Shown: positions 19,205 through 28,459 of the stretch, in pieces
How positions within the stretch are numbered: the first letter of the stretch is position 1
How the letters are laid out: every line of letters starts with the position of its first letter
Assembly: GCA_964500725.1 (NCBI GenBank)
Contig: CAZCNP010000003.1
Span: forward strand, 1 to 57,475
Length of the DNA stretch: 57,475 nt
From: an uncultured Gammaproteobacteria bacterium
Lineage (GTDB): Bacteria > Patescibacteriota > Microgenomatia > Daviesbacterales > UBA10151
Direction: 5' to 3'
Position numbers and translations under genes: made by a program
Notes under the pieces: generated by a model
Databases searched by the model: none
What the model was told of the DNA's origin: nothing
What the model saw: the letters and a program-made list of their open reading frames with translations, nothing else

Positions 19205-19232
19205 TGGCTCGAGAATCGTAACTCTAATATAA
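19205..19232 (+). repeat. junction J5 (28 bp identical to J7)
   Basis: TGGCTCGAGAATCGTAACTCTAATATAA also at 21161-21188; both followed by ACCAAG..TAGCTTGT. Confidence 0.85.
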
Positions 19233-19368
19233 GAACCTTTCGCTTCGCTCAAGAACCTTGATTCTCACTATTGCTCGAATTAACCAAGCAATTAGCTTGT
19301 TTAATCAAGAACTTTGAAGATTTTATATTAGTCTCCCAAATCAGAAAACAAATAGAAACAACTAAAAT

Positions 19369-19710
19369 TTATTTATAAGTTGTTTCGTGTGGGTTTAAGA
19401 CCAAAGGATAAACGTCAAGAGCCACTTCTTCATAAGGATGTACTTTTTTAATAGCCTTGATTACCTTATCTAAATCATCTTTGTAACACACAGTTTCAAT
19501 TCTTTCTTCTTTAACTTCTTCTAATTTACCTATTTTCCCAATTGTGGGATGCGCGGTTTCAAGTGGAATAAAACGTCCCACTCCTTTAATAGAAAAACTA
19601 CAATATTTATAATCTCCAATTAAACCAGCTCCCGCTTCCCCCATTGCTTCTCTAACAATATCAGCATGAGTCTCCGGAACAAAAACGACTATTTTTACAG
19701 TTCCTCTCAT
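19369..19710 (-). CDS. YqfO/NIF3-associated PII-like protein
   Basis: KIVVFVP...GAGLIGDY..CSF..G.G.F...HPYEEVALDVYPL. Confidence 0.85.
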   Translation of the reverse strand: MRGTVKIVVFVPETHADIVREAMGEAGAGLIGDYKYCSFSIKGVGRFIPLETAHPTIGKIGKLEEVKEERIETVCYKDDLDKVIKAIKKVHPYEEVALDVYPLVLNPHETTYK

Positions 19711-19720
19711 ATTAATTTTG

Positions 19721-19857
19721 GTATATTATGTGCCACTTGGCTCCGTATTCCTAGTCTTAATCGAACTGGTAGTTTGAATTCAATTATAACAGCTTTTCAG
19801 AATCCAGTAGTTGTTGAGCTCAAACAAAGATGGGGAAGAAACAAAAAAGTTAAATAA
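19721..19857 (+). repeat. junction J6 with recombinase tail remnant
   Basis: GTATATTATGTGCCACTTGGCTCC matches 22935-22958 at 22/24; tail WLRIPSL...VELKQRW. Confidence 0.85.
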
Positions 19858-19862
19858 CAATT

Positions 19863-20993
19863 TTAGGTAAATAAATTAACATATTCTTGATAAGAGAATA
19901 CCCTATTTCTTTTCTGCCCAGTCAATTCATGCAAAATCCCTAGCTTAACAAATCTTTCAACTAATATAAGCGCATTGGGGTTAGATAAGAAGATTATTCT
20001 TTCAACATCTTTTACCCGTACTAATGGTGTGCGATAAAGCACATTAAGTAACTTAATACCTCTTTCTGCCGATTTTCCCATTCCAGCAACTTTATTCAAG
20101 TGATTATCTCTTAACTTAATTATTTTTCTTGCAGTCTCCACTGCTTTTTCTGAAGTCTCAATAACTCCCTCCATAAAGAACTTTAACCATTCCTCAATAG
20201 CATCATCTTTTCTATACTGATTAAGCTTTTCGTAATAATCTTGTCTATGCTCTTTAAAAAAAGCAGACAAATATAACAGCTGTTTCCGCAAGACACCTTG
20301 CTGACACAAATAGAAAGTTACTAATAACCTACCAATTCTACCGTTTCCATCCAGAAAAGGGTGAACCGTTTCAAACTGAGCATGAATAAGGCCAGTTTTA
20401 ATAAGAATTGGCACTAACGAATTATCATGCATATATTCTTCCAGATTACCCATTAGAGGCATTACCTCACGATGAGGGGGCGGTATGAATTTAGCAGTTT
20501 GTAGATCAGCTCCTCCTATCCAGTTTTGAGAGGTTCTGAATTCTCCAGGGGTTTTCCATTCTCCTCTAACCCCCCTCAAAAGTATCTTATGAATTTCTCT
20601 GATTAGCCTTAACGAAAGAGGAATTTGATCTAGTCTCTCTAACCCGTAGTTCATCGCAGAAATGTAATTTAAAACTTCATCTACGTCTTTATGGGCTTCT
20701 AAGTCTTCTATCTTAGCCTCTGCTTTAAGTACATCTACAAAAGTTGCTTGCGTACCCTCTATTTGACTTGATAAGGTAGCTTCTTTTCTAACATACATTA
20801 GGATAAAGAAATCTATAATATCCTTTGGTAGGATATCTGCTACTCCATCAAGCCTCCCTAGTGCAAGATCTGCTTTTGAAAGAAGTGTTTGTAATTCTGG
20901 ATCTATATTAACCTCAAAAGGAAGACTACTAGGCATAAAAGCTTTATAACGTAAAACTCCTGCTAATTGGTTAATAAAAGTACCTGTTCGCAT
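19863..20993 (-). CDS. Fic family protein (Fic_N, Fic, C-terminal HTH)
   Basis: HPFLDGNGRIGR; EATLSSQIEGT. Confidence 0.93.
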   Translation of the reverse strand: MRTGTFINQLAGVLRYKAFMPSSLPFEVNIDPELQTLLSKADLALGRLDGVADILPKDIIDFFILMYVRKEATLSSQIEGTQATFVDVLKAEAKIEDLEAHKDVDEVLNYISAMNYGLERLDQIPLSLRLIREIHKILLRGVRGEWKTPGEFRTSQNWIGGADLQTAKFIPPPHREVMPLMGNLEEYMHDNSLVPILIKTGLIHAQFETVHPFLDGNGRIGRLLVTFYLCQQGVLRKQLLYLSAFFKEHRQDYYEKLNQYRKDDAIEEWLKFFMEGVIETSEKAVETARKIIKLRDNHLNKVAGMGKSAERGIKLLNVLYRTPLVRVKDVERIIFLSNPNALILVERFVKLGILHELTGQKRNRVFSYQEYVNLFT

Positions 20994-21003
20994 ATTTTTC
21001 TCC

Positions 21004-21101
21004 CATAGATAAGATTTTTATTATCTATGTTTACTATAATAAAACATAGATAACACTATGTCAACCCTTGAGAAGCATAGATAAGATTTTCGCTATCTAT
21101 G
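21004..21101 (-). promoter_or_regulatory. Fic promoter with palindromic operators
   Basis: CATAGATA-N10-TATCTATG at 21004-21029 and 21076-21101; TTGACA(21059-64)-N17-TATTAT(21036-41) on minus strand. Confidence 0.75.
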
Positions 21102-21160
21102 GATGCGGATAGAAACAATAAAAATATAATAAGTGGCTTTGTGGGTTATAAAATTGAACC

Positions 21161-21276
21161 TGGCTCGAGAATCGTAACTCTAATATAACCAAGAACTAGC
21201 TTGTATCTACAAGACTCTCTTTGACTTTAGGCTTGTAGTTCAAATCAAAGAGGAAATAGAAAAAGTGGAACTATAG
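21161..21276 (+). repeat. junction J7 with tail remnant
   Basis: 28-bp identity to J5; tail QELACIYKTLFDFRLVVQIKEEIEK parallels KQLACLIKNFEDFILVSQIRKQIE after J5. Confidence 0.8.
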
Positions 21277-21933
21277 TTATTCTGTAACACACTCAATATC
21301 AAAATCGTCAGAAAATTCGTCTTTTCCTAAACGTTTCTTCTCCTCCACTGCAAAAGTGAACAATTCTCTTAACGTGTTTCTGGCCTGAGTAATATCCAAG
21401 TTATCCCAATAGTCAATTGTGTTCATTTTGCCGTTTTGAACAATATAATCATCTAAACACTCTTTACCATCACCCGACCTTACGAACCCCCTATGTACAC
21501 TACTCGAAAAATGTAACCCAGTAGTATCAATAGACCAAAAAAGTTCGTGTACCTCATAGCTATTGTTTTGAGAATTTTTGCCACATAGGTCAAAAAAAGC
21601 AGTTACCTCATTAGGGAAAATATGCATATTACGTTTAAGTTGTTCATGCACATCTTTTTCAATTAAATTTCTGAAGTCCTCGCTTATGTGTTTTAAGCTC
21701 TTATTATTCCATTGGTTTGAATTTTCGTATTCGAAACAAAGTTTTTCCCAAGATTTATTTCCGAATTCATTTACTCCGTGATTGAAAATCATCAGAGGAA
21801 TGCTGGCAAATTTGTATATTTTATTAAACCCATCATTATTTTGTACCAATCCATTTTTATACCTTCTTCTGTTTCTTTTATCAGCACATACACATATTCC
21901 ATTTTTACATAATGCAGTAAGAATGAGGGTCAT
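21277..21933 (-). CDS. putative Ntn-hydrolase (proteasome beta-like) peptidase
   Basis: Starts M-TLILTALCKNGICVCADKR, like T1...D17..R19 of proteasome/HslV subunits; later RSG. Confidence 0.55.
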   Translation of the reverse strand: MTLILTALCKNGICVCADKRNRRRYKNGLVQNNDGFNKIYKFASIPLMIFNHGVNEFGNKSWEKLCFEYENSNQWNNKSLKHISEDFRNLIEKDVHEQLKRNMHIFPNEVTAFFDLCGKNSQNNSYEVHELFWSIDTTGLHFSSSVHRGFVRSGDGKECLDDYIVQNGKMNTIDYWDNLDITQARNTLRELFTFAVEEKKRLGKDEFSDDFDIECVTE

Positions 21934-21935
21934 AT

Positions 21936-22925
21936 TTAGCTTTTAATCATTGCATCAAAAACAAAAGGGCTACTCTTTGAAAGAGCTAATGATTGAAAAT
22001 ATTCAAGAGTGTTAACCATAGCATCGTTCACTTCATAAATAAATTTTTTGGATGCGATTTTTTCATTACCAATTAAAACAAAAAGTTCTCCTACTAACTC
22101 ACCTTTCTCGACTAATGAGAGTTCAAAATTCTCAAATTCAATTGTCAGACGTGTAGAGTCTGCAGTGTTTAAAATGATCGGGAATCTTGTAGTATAATCC
22201 GGTTCTCTAGAACTGTTTGGATTGATTTTAAAGAATTTTTTAAAATGAACTATCCCATCATTTAATCTTACATAGGAGCCTTTAATAACAGTAGGCTGTC
22301 CATGATTATTAGTAACAGCAAACTCTAGTTGTATCCTTGTTCCAGGTAATTCTGGGCTTTTAACTATACCCATGAACGGGCTAAGAGTTATAGAAACCTT
22401 GTCATCAAATGGAACGTTCCCTGATTTTTCTGCTTCAATTTCTTCTCCTCCAGTGACGATTGTATCTGGAATCTGTGGACTGGGTGTAGCCATATAAATA
22501 TTGTTTATTATATAACTGTCTCCTTCTTTAATTTCTACTTTGTTATGCCCTAAATTGATAGAACCTAATGAGGGATTGAGGGGTTCTAGATTTAATATAG
22601 ATCCCTCATGGTCTTTTTTCATTTTCTTCAAAGTTTCCACTGTGTATTTTATTGGATCATCATCTATTTCTTTATGACAAGTTTTACATAACCAAATTCC
22701 GTTTTTAATATCACTTCTTTCCTCGGGAGTCATTTTGGAATTATATCTAGCAGAGGTAGGTTGGACTCCCTCAATATGAGCAGCATCACCCACAATAGTT
22801 GCTTTTGTTGGGGTGGAATTTCCTCCGCTTGTATGTCTTTTGCATTTAGAACAAACTTGACCTGCTCGCTTAGCTAATATATCAACTGTAGTTTTGTTAA
22901 AGTCATTAGGGTTAGATTTTGGCAT
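21936..22925 (-). CDS. HNH endonuclease domain protein with unknown C-terminal domain
   Basis: CSKC...AAHIEG...NGIWLCKTCHKEID. Confidence 0.85.
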   Translation of the reverse strand: MPKSNPNDFNKTTVDILAKRAGQVCSKCKRHTSGGNSTPTKATIVGDAAHIEGVQPTSARYNSKMTPEERSDIKNGIWLCKTCHKEIDDDPIKYTVETLKKMKKDHEGSILNLEPLNPSLGSINLGHNKVEIKEGDSYIINNIYMATPSPQIPDTIVTGGEEIEAEKSGNVPFDDKVSITLSPFMGIVKSPELPGTRIQLEFAVTNNHGQPTVIKGSYVRLNDGIVHFKKFFKINPNSSREPDYTTRFPIILNTADSTRLTIEFENFELSLVEKGELVGELFVLIGNEKIASKKFIYEVNDAMVNTLEYFQSLALSKSSPFVFDAMIKS

Positions 22926-22934
22926 AATGTTTAA

Positions 22935-23081
22935 GTATATTAAGTGCCAATTGGCTCCTCAAGCCTTGACTTATTATACCCCCAAATTTTGGAGACTTTA
23001 TCAAATAAAAGTTACATGGGTGAACTTAGGCAAAGATGGGAAGAAATTAAGAAACTAAGAGATAATTACCAGTTCGCCTGA
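22935..23081 (+). repeat. junction J8 = attL of the intact element, carrying a 39-codon recombinase tail
   Basis: TGGCTCCTC shares core GCTCCTC with 34455-34461; open frame SLDLLYPQILETLSNKSYMGELRQRWEEIKKLRDNYQFA to TGA 23079-81. Confidence 0.8.
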
Positions 23082-23161
23082 TGTTTGTAGCTTCCATTGA
23101 ACATGGTATCAATTTTTTTAAATATTGACCAATTAATATCTTAAAGAGTAATATCCAGTTA

Positions 23162-23548
23162 GTGAATAAGGCCCACATCATAGCAATATATTTAGCTTTA
23201 GGAATTTTGGCATTATTTACTTTCTTTGGTAATAATCAAAACTCTGACCTAGACCAGATAAAAGACAGGGTGACAAAAGTTGAATTTTTCCAAGAAGCTA
23301 CAAGAGTTAGAGAGAATATTGTGGGATTTAAACAAGTAAATGCTTCCTTGGTAAATGATACAGAAAGAGCAAAGAGCTGTACTGAAAGTAAAGATTTATT
23401 AACTGAATGGACAGAAGATATAAAAAAGCTGGGCTTAGACTTTGGAACCTATATGACTAATCATCAAGAGGCTAAGGATTACTTTGATACAATCAGTAAA
23501 CTTAATGATGTTAATATTACTGAATGTAATAAGTTAACTAGCAAATGA
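23162..23548 (+). CDS. membrane-anchored hypothetical protein
   Basis: N-terminal TM, helical C-terminus with Cys pair. Confidence 0.65.
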   Translation: MNKAHIIAIYLALGILALFTFFGNNQNSDLDQIKDRVTKVEFFQEATRVRENIVGFKQVNASLVNDTERAKSCTESKDLLTEWTEDIKKLGLDFGTYMTNHQEAKDYFDTISKLNDVNITECNKLTSK

Positions 23549-25179
23549 CCAAGCTCAAGGTCTTAAAGTATTTACAGTGTATTATTCTTCTTTTAGTGCT
23601 ATTTTTCTCCTTTGTCCCCATAGTAGAGGCACGATCCTACAGAAGTTCTTTTTCGGATGTACATGTTAGGTCTTACTATCGAAAAGATGGAACTTTTGTC
23701 CAGAGTCATTATCGTTCTAGACCTGATGGAATTATCTCTAATAACTATTCCTGTATTGATAATGGAAGGTGTGGTGCAAATTACACATCACGAAGTTATA
23801 GCACTTACTCGTTTACCCTCCCTAGTAGTTATACTTATAAACCATCCTGGCTACCTGTACTTGCACCAGTAGGTTATGATTATGGAGGCTCAACCGAATA
23901 TACATCCTATACACAACCTGCACCCAAGATTACTCCACCAATCAATGCTCATTTGAATTACTTTGGTGACAGTTGGGTATGTGACAACGGTTATAAACGC
24001 AACTATCTGACCGATCAATGTGACAAAATTCAGGTTCCTTCAAACGCATATTTGGCATCGTGGGGAAGTGATTGGCTTTGCAGTACGGGATATAAAAAGA
24101 ATTATTTAACCGACCAGTGCGATAAAGTAAATGTTCCTGCGAATGGATTATTAAGCTACTTCGGGGATGATTTTACCTGTAATAGAGGTTTCAAGAAAAA
24201 CTATTCTACGAACCAGTGTGATCAGATTACAATTCCTGAAAACGCTAGTCTAAGCTATTTTGGTGATGACTGGACATGCAACTATGGCTTTAAAAAGAAT
24301 TACTCTACAAATAGATGCGACAAAATAGAAGTGCCTGCTAACGCTAGCATGTATAGTTGGGGTTCAGACTGGTACTGTAACAAAGGATTTAAGAAAAATT
24401 ACAACACGAACCAATGTGATCCTGTTGTAGTACCTGAAAACGCAAGCTTAGATTACTTCGGTTCTGATTGGAATTGTAACTATGGGTACAAAAAGAACTA
24501 CTCAACTAATAAGTGCGATAAAGTTGAGGTTCCAGCTAATGCGACTTTGTACAGTTGGGGATCTGATTGGTATTGCAATAAAGGATTTAAGAAGAACTAT
24601 ACTACTAATCAATGTGAACCCGTAGTGGCTCCTGAGAACGCAAGTTTGAGTTATTTTGGGGATGATTGGGTATGTAATAATGGCTACAAAAAGAATTATT
24701 CAACCAATAAGTGCGATAAAATAGAGGTACCTGCTAATGCTACCTTAAACAGCTGGGGTAGCGACTGGACTTGTAATTCTGGCTACCGCAAAAACTATAC
24801 AACCAACCAATGCGATAAAGTAGAATGTCCGGCTAACTCCTACGAGTCCTACGGCTATTGCTACTGTAATTCTGGTTATAAAAAGAACTATTCTAATGGT
24901 CAGTGTGAAAAAGTTGAGTGTCCATCCAATTCGTATGAATCCTATGGCTATTGTTACTGTAACAGCGGGTACACCAAAAACTACAGTACTAACCAATGCG
25001 AACCCCTTTACAAACCCACACCCTCACCTAGTCCTACTGTTCAAATAGTTACTCCAACACCAACTTCAATACCTACGCTGATCCCTAGTCCTACACCTTC
25101 ACCCACCCCACTAGTCACTTCAACACCAGAACCCACACCAGCACTATCACCCACTGTTACTCCAATGTCAAATCCCTAA
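23545..25179 (+). CDS. secreted Cys/Trp-rich tandem-repeat protein
   Basis: Signal peptide; VHVRSYYRKDGTFVQSHYRS domain; nine 33-aa P.NA....G..W.C..G.K.NY....C repeats and two 31-aa variants; Pro/Thr tail. Confidence 0.85.
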   Translation: MTKLKVLKYLQCIILLLVLFFSFVPIVEARSYRSSFSDVHVRSYYRKDGTFVQSHYRSRPDGIISNNYSCIDNGRCGANYTSRSYSTYSFTLPSSYTYKPSWLPVLAPVGYDYGGSTEYTSYTQPAPKITPPINAHLNYFGDSWVCDNGYKRNYLTDQCDKIQVPSNAYLASWGSDWLCSTGYKKNYLTDQCDKVNVPANGLLSYFGDDFTCNRGFKKNYSTNQCDQITIPENASLSYFGDDWTCNYGFKKNYSTNRCDKIEVPANASMYSWGSDWYCNKGFKKNYNTNQCDPVVVPENASLDYFGSDWNCNYGYKKNYSTNKCDKVEVPANATLYSWGSDWYCNKGFKKNYTTNQCEPVVAPENASLSYFGDDWVCNNGYKKNYSTNKCDKIEVPANATLNSWGSDWTCNSGYRKNYTTNQCDKVECPANSYESYGYCYCNSGYKKNYSNGQCEKVECPSNSYESYGYCYCNSGYTKNYSTNQCEPLYKPTPSPSPTVQIVTPTPTSIPTLIPSPTPSPTPLVTSTPEPTPALSPTVTPMSNP

Positions 25180-25246
25180 TAGAACACTCTTTACAGCAAA
25201 AAGTTGTTGTAAAAGTTTAATTTTAAGAGTAATATAATAAGCATTC

Positions 25247-25501
25247 ATGAAAAAATTGCTTATCAGTCTACTCCTTGGAGTCTTTGTTTTCTCTATCCTT
25301 ATTCCAACTGGCGTAGAGGCTGCTTCCAGAGTTAAAGGTTATACTAAGAAAAATGGTACCTATGTTGCACCCCACTATAAAACCCCACCAAATAAATCAA
25401 AATTTGACAATTTCAGTACAAAGGGTAATATCAATCCTTATACTGGTAAAAAGGGTACTGTAAATCCCTATAAATTCACACCCAAAAAATACAAACGATA
25501 G
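25247..25501 (+). CDS. small secreted basic protein (VKGYTKKNGTYVAPHY family)
   Basis: Signal peptide; homologous to N-domain of upstream gene. Confidence 0.75.
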   Translation: MKKLLISLLLGVFVFSILIPTGVEAASRVKGYTKKNGTYVAPHYKTPPNKSKFDNFSTKGNINPYTGKKGTVNPYKFTPKKYKR

Positions 25502-25570
25502 TTGCCCGAAAGCATTTATTTATCCTGTTATAAAGGGACTTAATATAAGAATTGGGTAAATTTATTTTAC

Positions 25571-26917
25571 TCAATTCTTCAAATTAGGTACTGGTAATTG
25601 AAGTGCAGATACAACTCCGTTCTCACAACCTTTTCGTACCTTTGCCATTTCTGTATTAAGATTTTCTAACTTTTCCTCTAACTTAGTAACTAATATTCGA
25701 TAATTTTCGCTTATCATATTTATCTCTACTTCAAGCTGTTGTTTTAAACCTAATCTTAAATCATTTTTCTTTATAACCTCACCTCTTATATTATCTACTT
25801 CCTCTGCTAGTGTGAGTTTACCTTTGCTTTCAAACTTCTCCCTTTGGAAGTACTTTCGAATATTGTTCAAAATGACTTCAAATAAGAATAATGCATTAAA
25901 AAGCAGTATTAAGACCAGAGATAAAACTACTTTTATGGGGCTAAATACAAATGCAAAACCACCGGTTTTCTGAACTTTCCTTATAGTGAGGGTAACACCA
26001 ACAATCAGGGGTATGAACATTAAGCGAAACAGAAAATCTAATAAATCCGTAGACATAGATATTAGAACCGCATAAAGAATAAGCAAAATTAATCCCACTA
26101 GGATCATTAAATAAACTTTAGGCTTATTTTTTCTGTATTCTGACGACTTCTCAAATAAATCCAGAAGTTGCTCTAGATAAATCAAATAGATAATAGCCAA
26201 CATTCCACTTGAAACATAAATTATCCATTCATTATTTTTGAATATAATCTTTAAAAACTCCCTAAATATATATAGGGATATTACATAGTCCCCTGCTAGC
26301 AATAAACCAATTAAAACAAGATACACATACCTCAATAAATCACCTTCTAATCTTTGTGTTGCTTTATTTAGAAATTCTATAGTTTTTTCTATTTTTCCTG
26401 AGAAAAAGTAGACTTTCTGACTTTTGTTTTTGCTGTCCTGCTCTAATCTTTCATTTTTGTCATCTTCTTCTCTTTTTAATTGAAACAGCTCTTCTTCCTT
26501 AGCTTTTAAAGTATGTTCTATTGCTTGGATTTCTTCTACAAGTTTCTTATCTTTATCCTCACATTCTTTAACAGCAGCTTCTTTTTTAAGTTTCGCTTCC
26601 TCTTTTAGAGAATTAGTCTGTTGTTCTAAACGACTCACTCTTTGATCGTAATCTTCACGATATACAGAAAGACCTACATTGAAGACCATATCCTTCACCA
26701 TTTTTACACGCTCTTCCATATTTTTTTGAGAATGAGGAGAGGTTAATATTTTTATGATTGGGTCATTAAATTTAATTGCAACCTTCTTACCAGTTTGTTT
26801 TCCATAACGGTCGTGTCTGGTATTGTATAAATAAGCCGATGCTGCTACCCCTGTCCCAGTAAAGAGAGTTGTTAAAGTAACAAAATTAGTTTGTAAAAAG
26901 TTAATGAGCTCGTTCAT
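25571..26917 (-). CDS. coiled-coil and multi-TM membrane protein
   Basis: Coiled coils flank ~5 hydrophobic helices. Confidence 0.7.
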   Translation of the reverse strand: MNELINFLQTNFVTLTTLFTGTGVAASAYLYNTRHDRYGKQTGKKVAIKFNDPIIKILTSPHSQKNMEERVKMVKDMVFNVGLSVYREDYDQRVSRLEQQTNSLKEEAKLKKEAAVKECEDKDKKLVEEIQAIEHTLKAKEEELFQLKREEDDKNERLEQDSKNKSQKVYFFSGKIEKTIEFLNKATQRLEGDLLRYVYLVLIGLLLAGDYVISLYIFREFLKIIFKNNEWIIYVSSGMLAIIYLIYLEQLLDLFEKSSEYRKNKPKVYLMILVGLILLILYAVLISMSTDLLDFLFRLMFIPLIVGVTLTIRKVQKTGGFAFVFSPIKVVLSLVLILLFNALFLFEVILNNIRKYFQREKFESKGKLTLAEEVDNIRGEVIKKNDLRLGLKQQLEVEINMISENYRILVTKLEEKLENLNTEMAKVRKGCENGVVSALQLPVPNLKN

Positions 26918-26923
26918 AGTTGG

Positions 26924-28129
26924 TTAAAAATTCTCAAAAACTAACTGGCATGATTTTAGTAGCTCACGGTAAAACTCCTGAACAGTCTGACGATAAGAAA
27001 AGTTATCACCATACTCCATTCCTACAATAATAAACCTACCACCTGGATTTTTACAAATAGGAGAACCATTTATTATAAGTTCTTTGTTTCTTTTTTTCTG
27101 AAGATAACTTTTAATCACGTCATAATCCTTGAGGGTCGAATATACTTCTTTACCCCCTGTGATTTCATCATCTCTAAGGGCAAACTCACCATCTGTAACT
27201 AAAAGGAATTCATAATTATCATATTTTTTGTTGACTATATCATCACTTATCTGAGTAAGATGAGGTATTAAATAAGTACCAGAATGACAACCAGTATTAG
27301 GATTTTTAATACCATTCTCCCAGAACTCCTTTATCTTCTGATAAATTACCTCTTCATCGTTAGTTGTAATTTCATTACCAACCTCTTTTACTTCGGAAGG
27401 CAATTTATCCCCTAATTCAATAAGTAACTGTTTATTCTTTTTAGCATAAATAATATTTGCATCCCATTCTGGTTCTGTGTATTTTATAACCAATTTATTA
27501 TTGCAGGGATTATCCTTGAAGTCTGGACCGTAAAAACGGACATTTATAGTATCGTTCGGCAATAAACCGTTATTGGAGGGTTCACGAAGATAATTTTTTA
27601 TTTTTTGGAATACTAGATCAGAATATTTATTTTCAGCTTTTTTTATAACTGAGTCCTTATCTCTGGTCACAACTGAATTAGAAATATCTAGCGAGATATC
27701 AACTAATCTTTTGTATCCTTGATCAATTCGGGGAAGCTTTAATTGACTATTCAGCCTATCGCCCTTTTTGGCTTCTGCAAGGATATACTTCTCTAAATGA
27801 GGGTTAACATTATCTCCCTTGAAATATTCTTCAAAAAATATCTCATTATTATCCCTCCTTTTTATAGTTAACTTCTCGCAATCCTCGCATTCATCAATAA
27901 CAAAACGATTATTTTTATTATTCGTATTTTTGCTTTTTATATCAATTTTTATATCCTGTAGGGTTACTTCTAAAGGTTCTTGGTTAAAATTCCTTACCAG
28001 TATAACTAGAGCCACAAAAATAATTATTCCTATCCCACCAAACAATAAAACTCTCTTCTCTATAAACGAAGACTTAGTTTTTATTGGCTTCTTCTTGGTT
28101 ACCTTGATTAAATTATTTTTATTATTCAT
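26924..28129 (-). CDS. membrane-anchored vWA-like domain protein
   Basis: N-terminal TM; DISNS (DxSxS-like MIDAS) and LLVTDGE. Confidence 0.55.
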   Translation of the reverse strand: MNNKNNLIKVTKKKPIKTKSSFIEKRVLLFGGIGIIIFVALVILVRNFNQEPLEVTLQDIKIDIKSKNTNNKNNRFVIDECEDCEKLTIKRRDNNEIFFEEYFKGDNVNPHLEKYILAEAKKGDRLNSQLKLPRIDQGYKRLVDISLDISNSVVTRDKDSVIKKAENKYSDLVFQKIKNYLREPSNNGLLPNDTINVRFYGPDFKDNPCNNKLVIKYTEPEWDANIIYAKKNKQLLIELGDKLPSEVKEVGNEITTNDEEVIYQKIKEFWENGIKNPNTGCHSGTYLIPHLTQISDDIVNKKYDNYEFLLVTDGEFALRDDEITGGKEVYSTLKDYDVIKSYLQKKRNKELIINGSPICKNPGGRFIIVGMEYGDNFSYRQTVQEFYRELLKSCQLVFENF

Positions 28130-28203
28130 TGTTATTATTTATATCTTACATGTTATTATAGCCAGATTAGAACCAGCTTGAATAGGCTTTTATTCACCTG
28201 TAC

Positions 28204-28380
28204 CTAATTAGAGTTTTTTAAAAACTTCTCTATATCTTCTTTTTTATAGCGCCTATCTCCTCTAGTGCTAACAATCACAGCCTTTAATTTCCCTAAACGA
28301 TCCCATCTTCTAAGAGTTTCGGGATTAACACTTAACATCTCTGCTACTTCTTTGATTTTTAAAAGTCTAGTTTTAACCAT
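28204..28380 (-). CDS. MerR/excisionase-type HTH protein (58 aa)
   Basis: MVKTRLLKIKEVAEMLSVNPETLRRWD..G.L...RGDRRY; not in ORF track. Confidence 0.85.
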   Translation of the reverse strand: MVKTRLLKIKEVAEMLSVNPETLRRWDRLGKLKAVIVSTRGDRRYKKEDIEKFLKNSN

Positions 28381-28459
28381 AATTATTAGACTTAATTATA
28401 CATCTAGTTTTTCAAAAGTTAAGGAATGTTAAAATATAACATAGATAAGATACAACAAT

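Noticed and set aside
19666-19857. ORF-track 63-aa protein (also 17440-17634)
   Set aside because: Better explained as junction or recombinase tail remnants than as independent genes.
11888-23081. Classical integron with attC sites
   Set aside because: No tyrosine integrase in the window and I found no consistent RYYYAAC/GTTRRRY hairpins; junctions match the tRNA end and serine recombinase instead.
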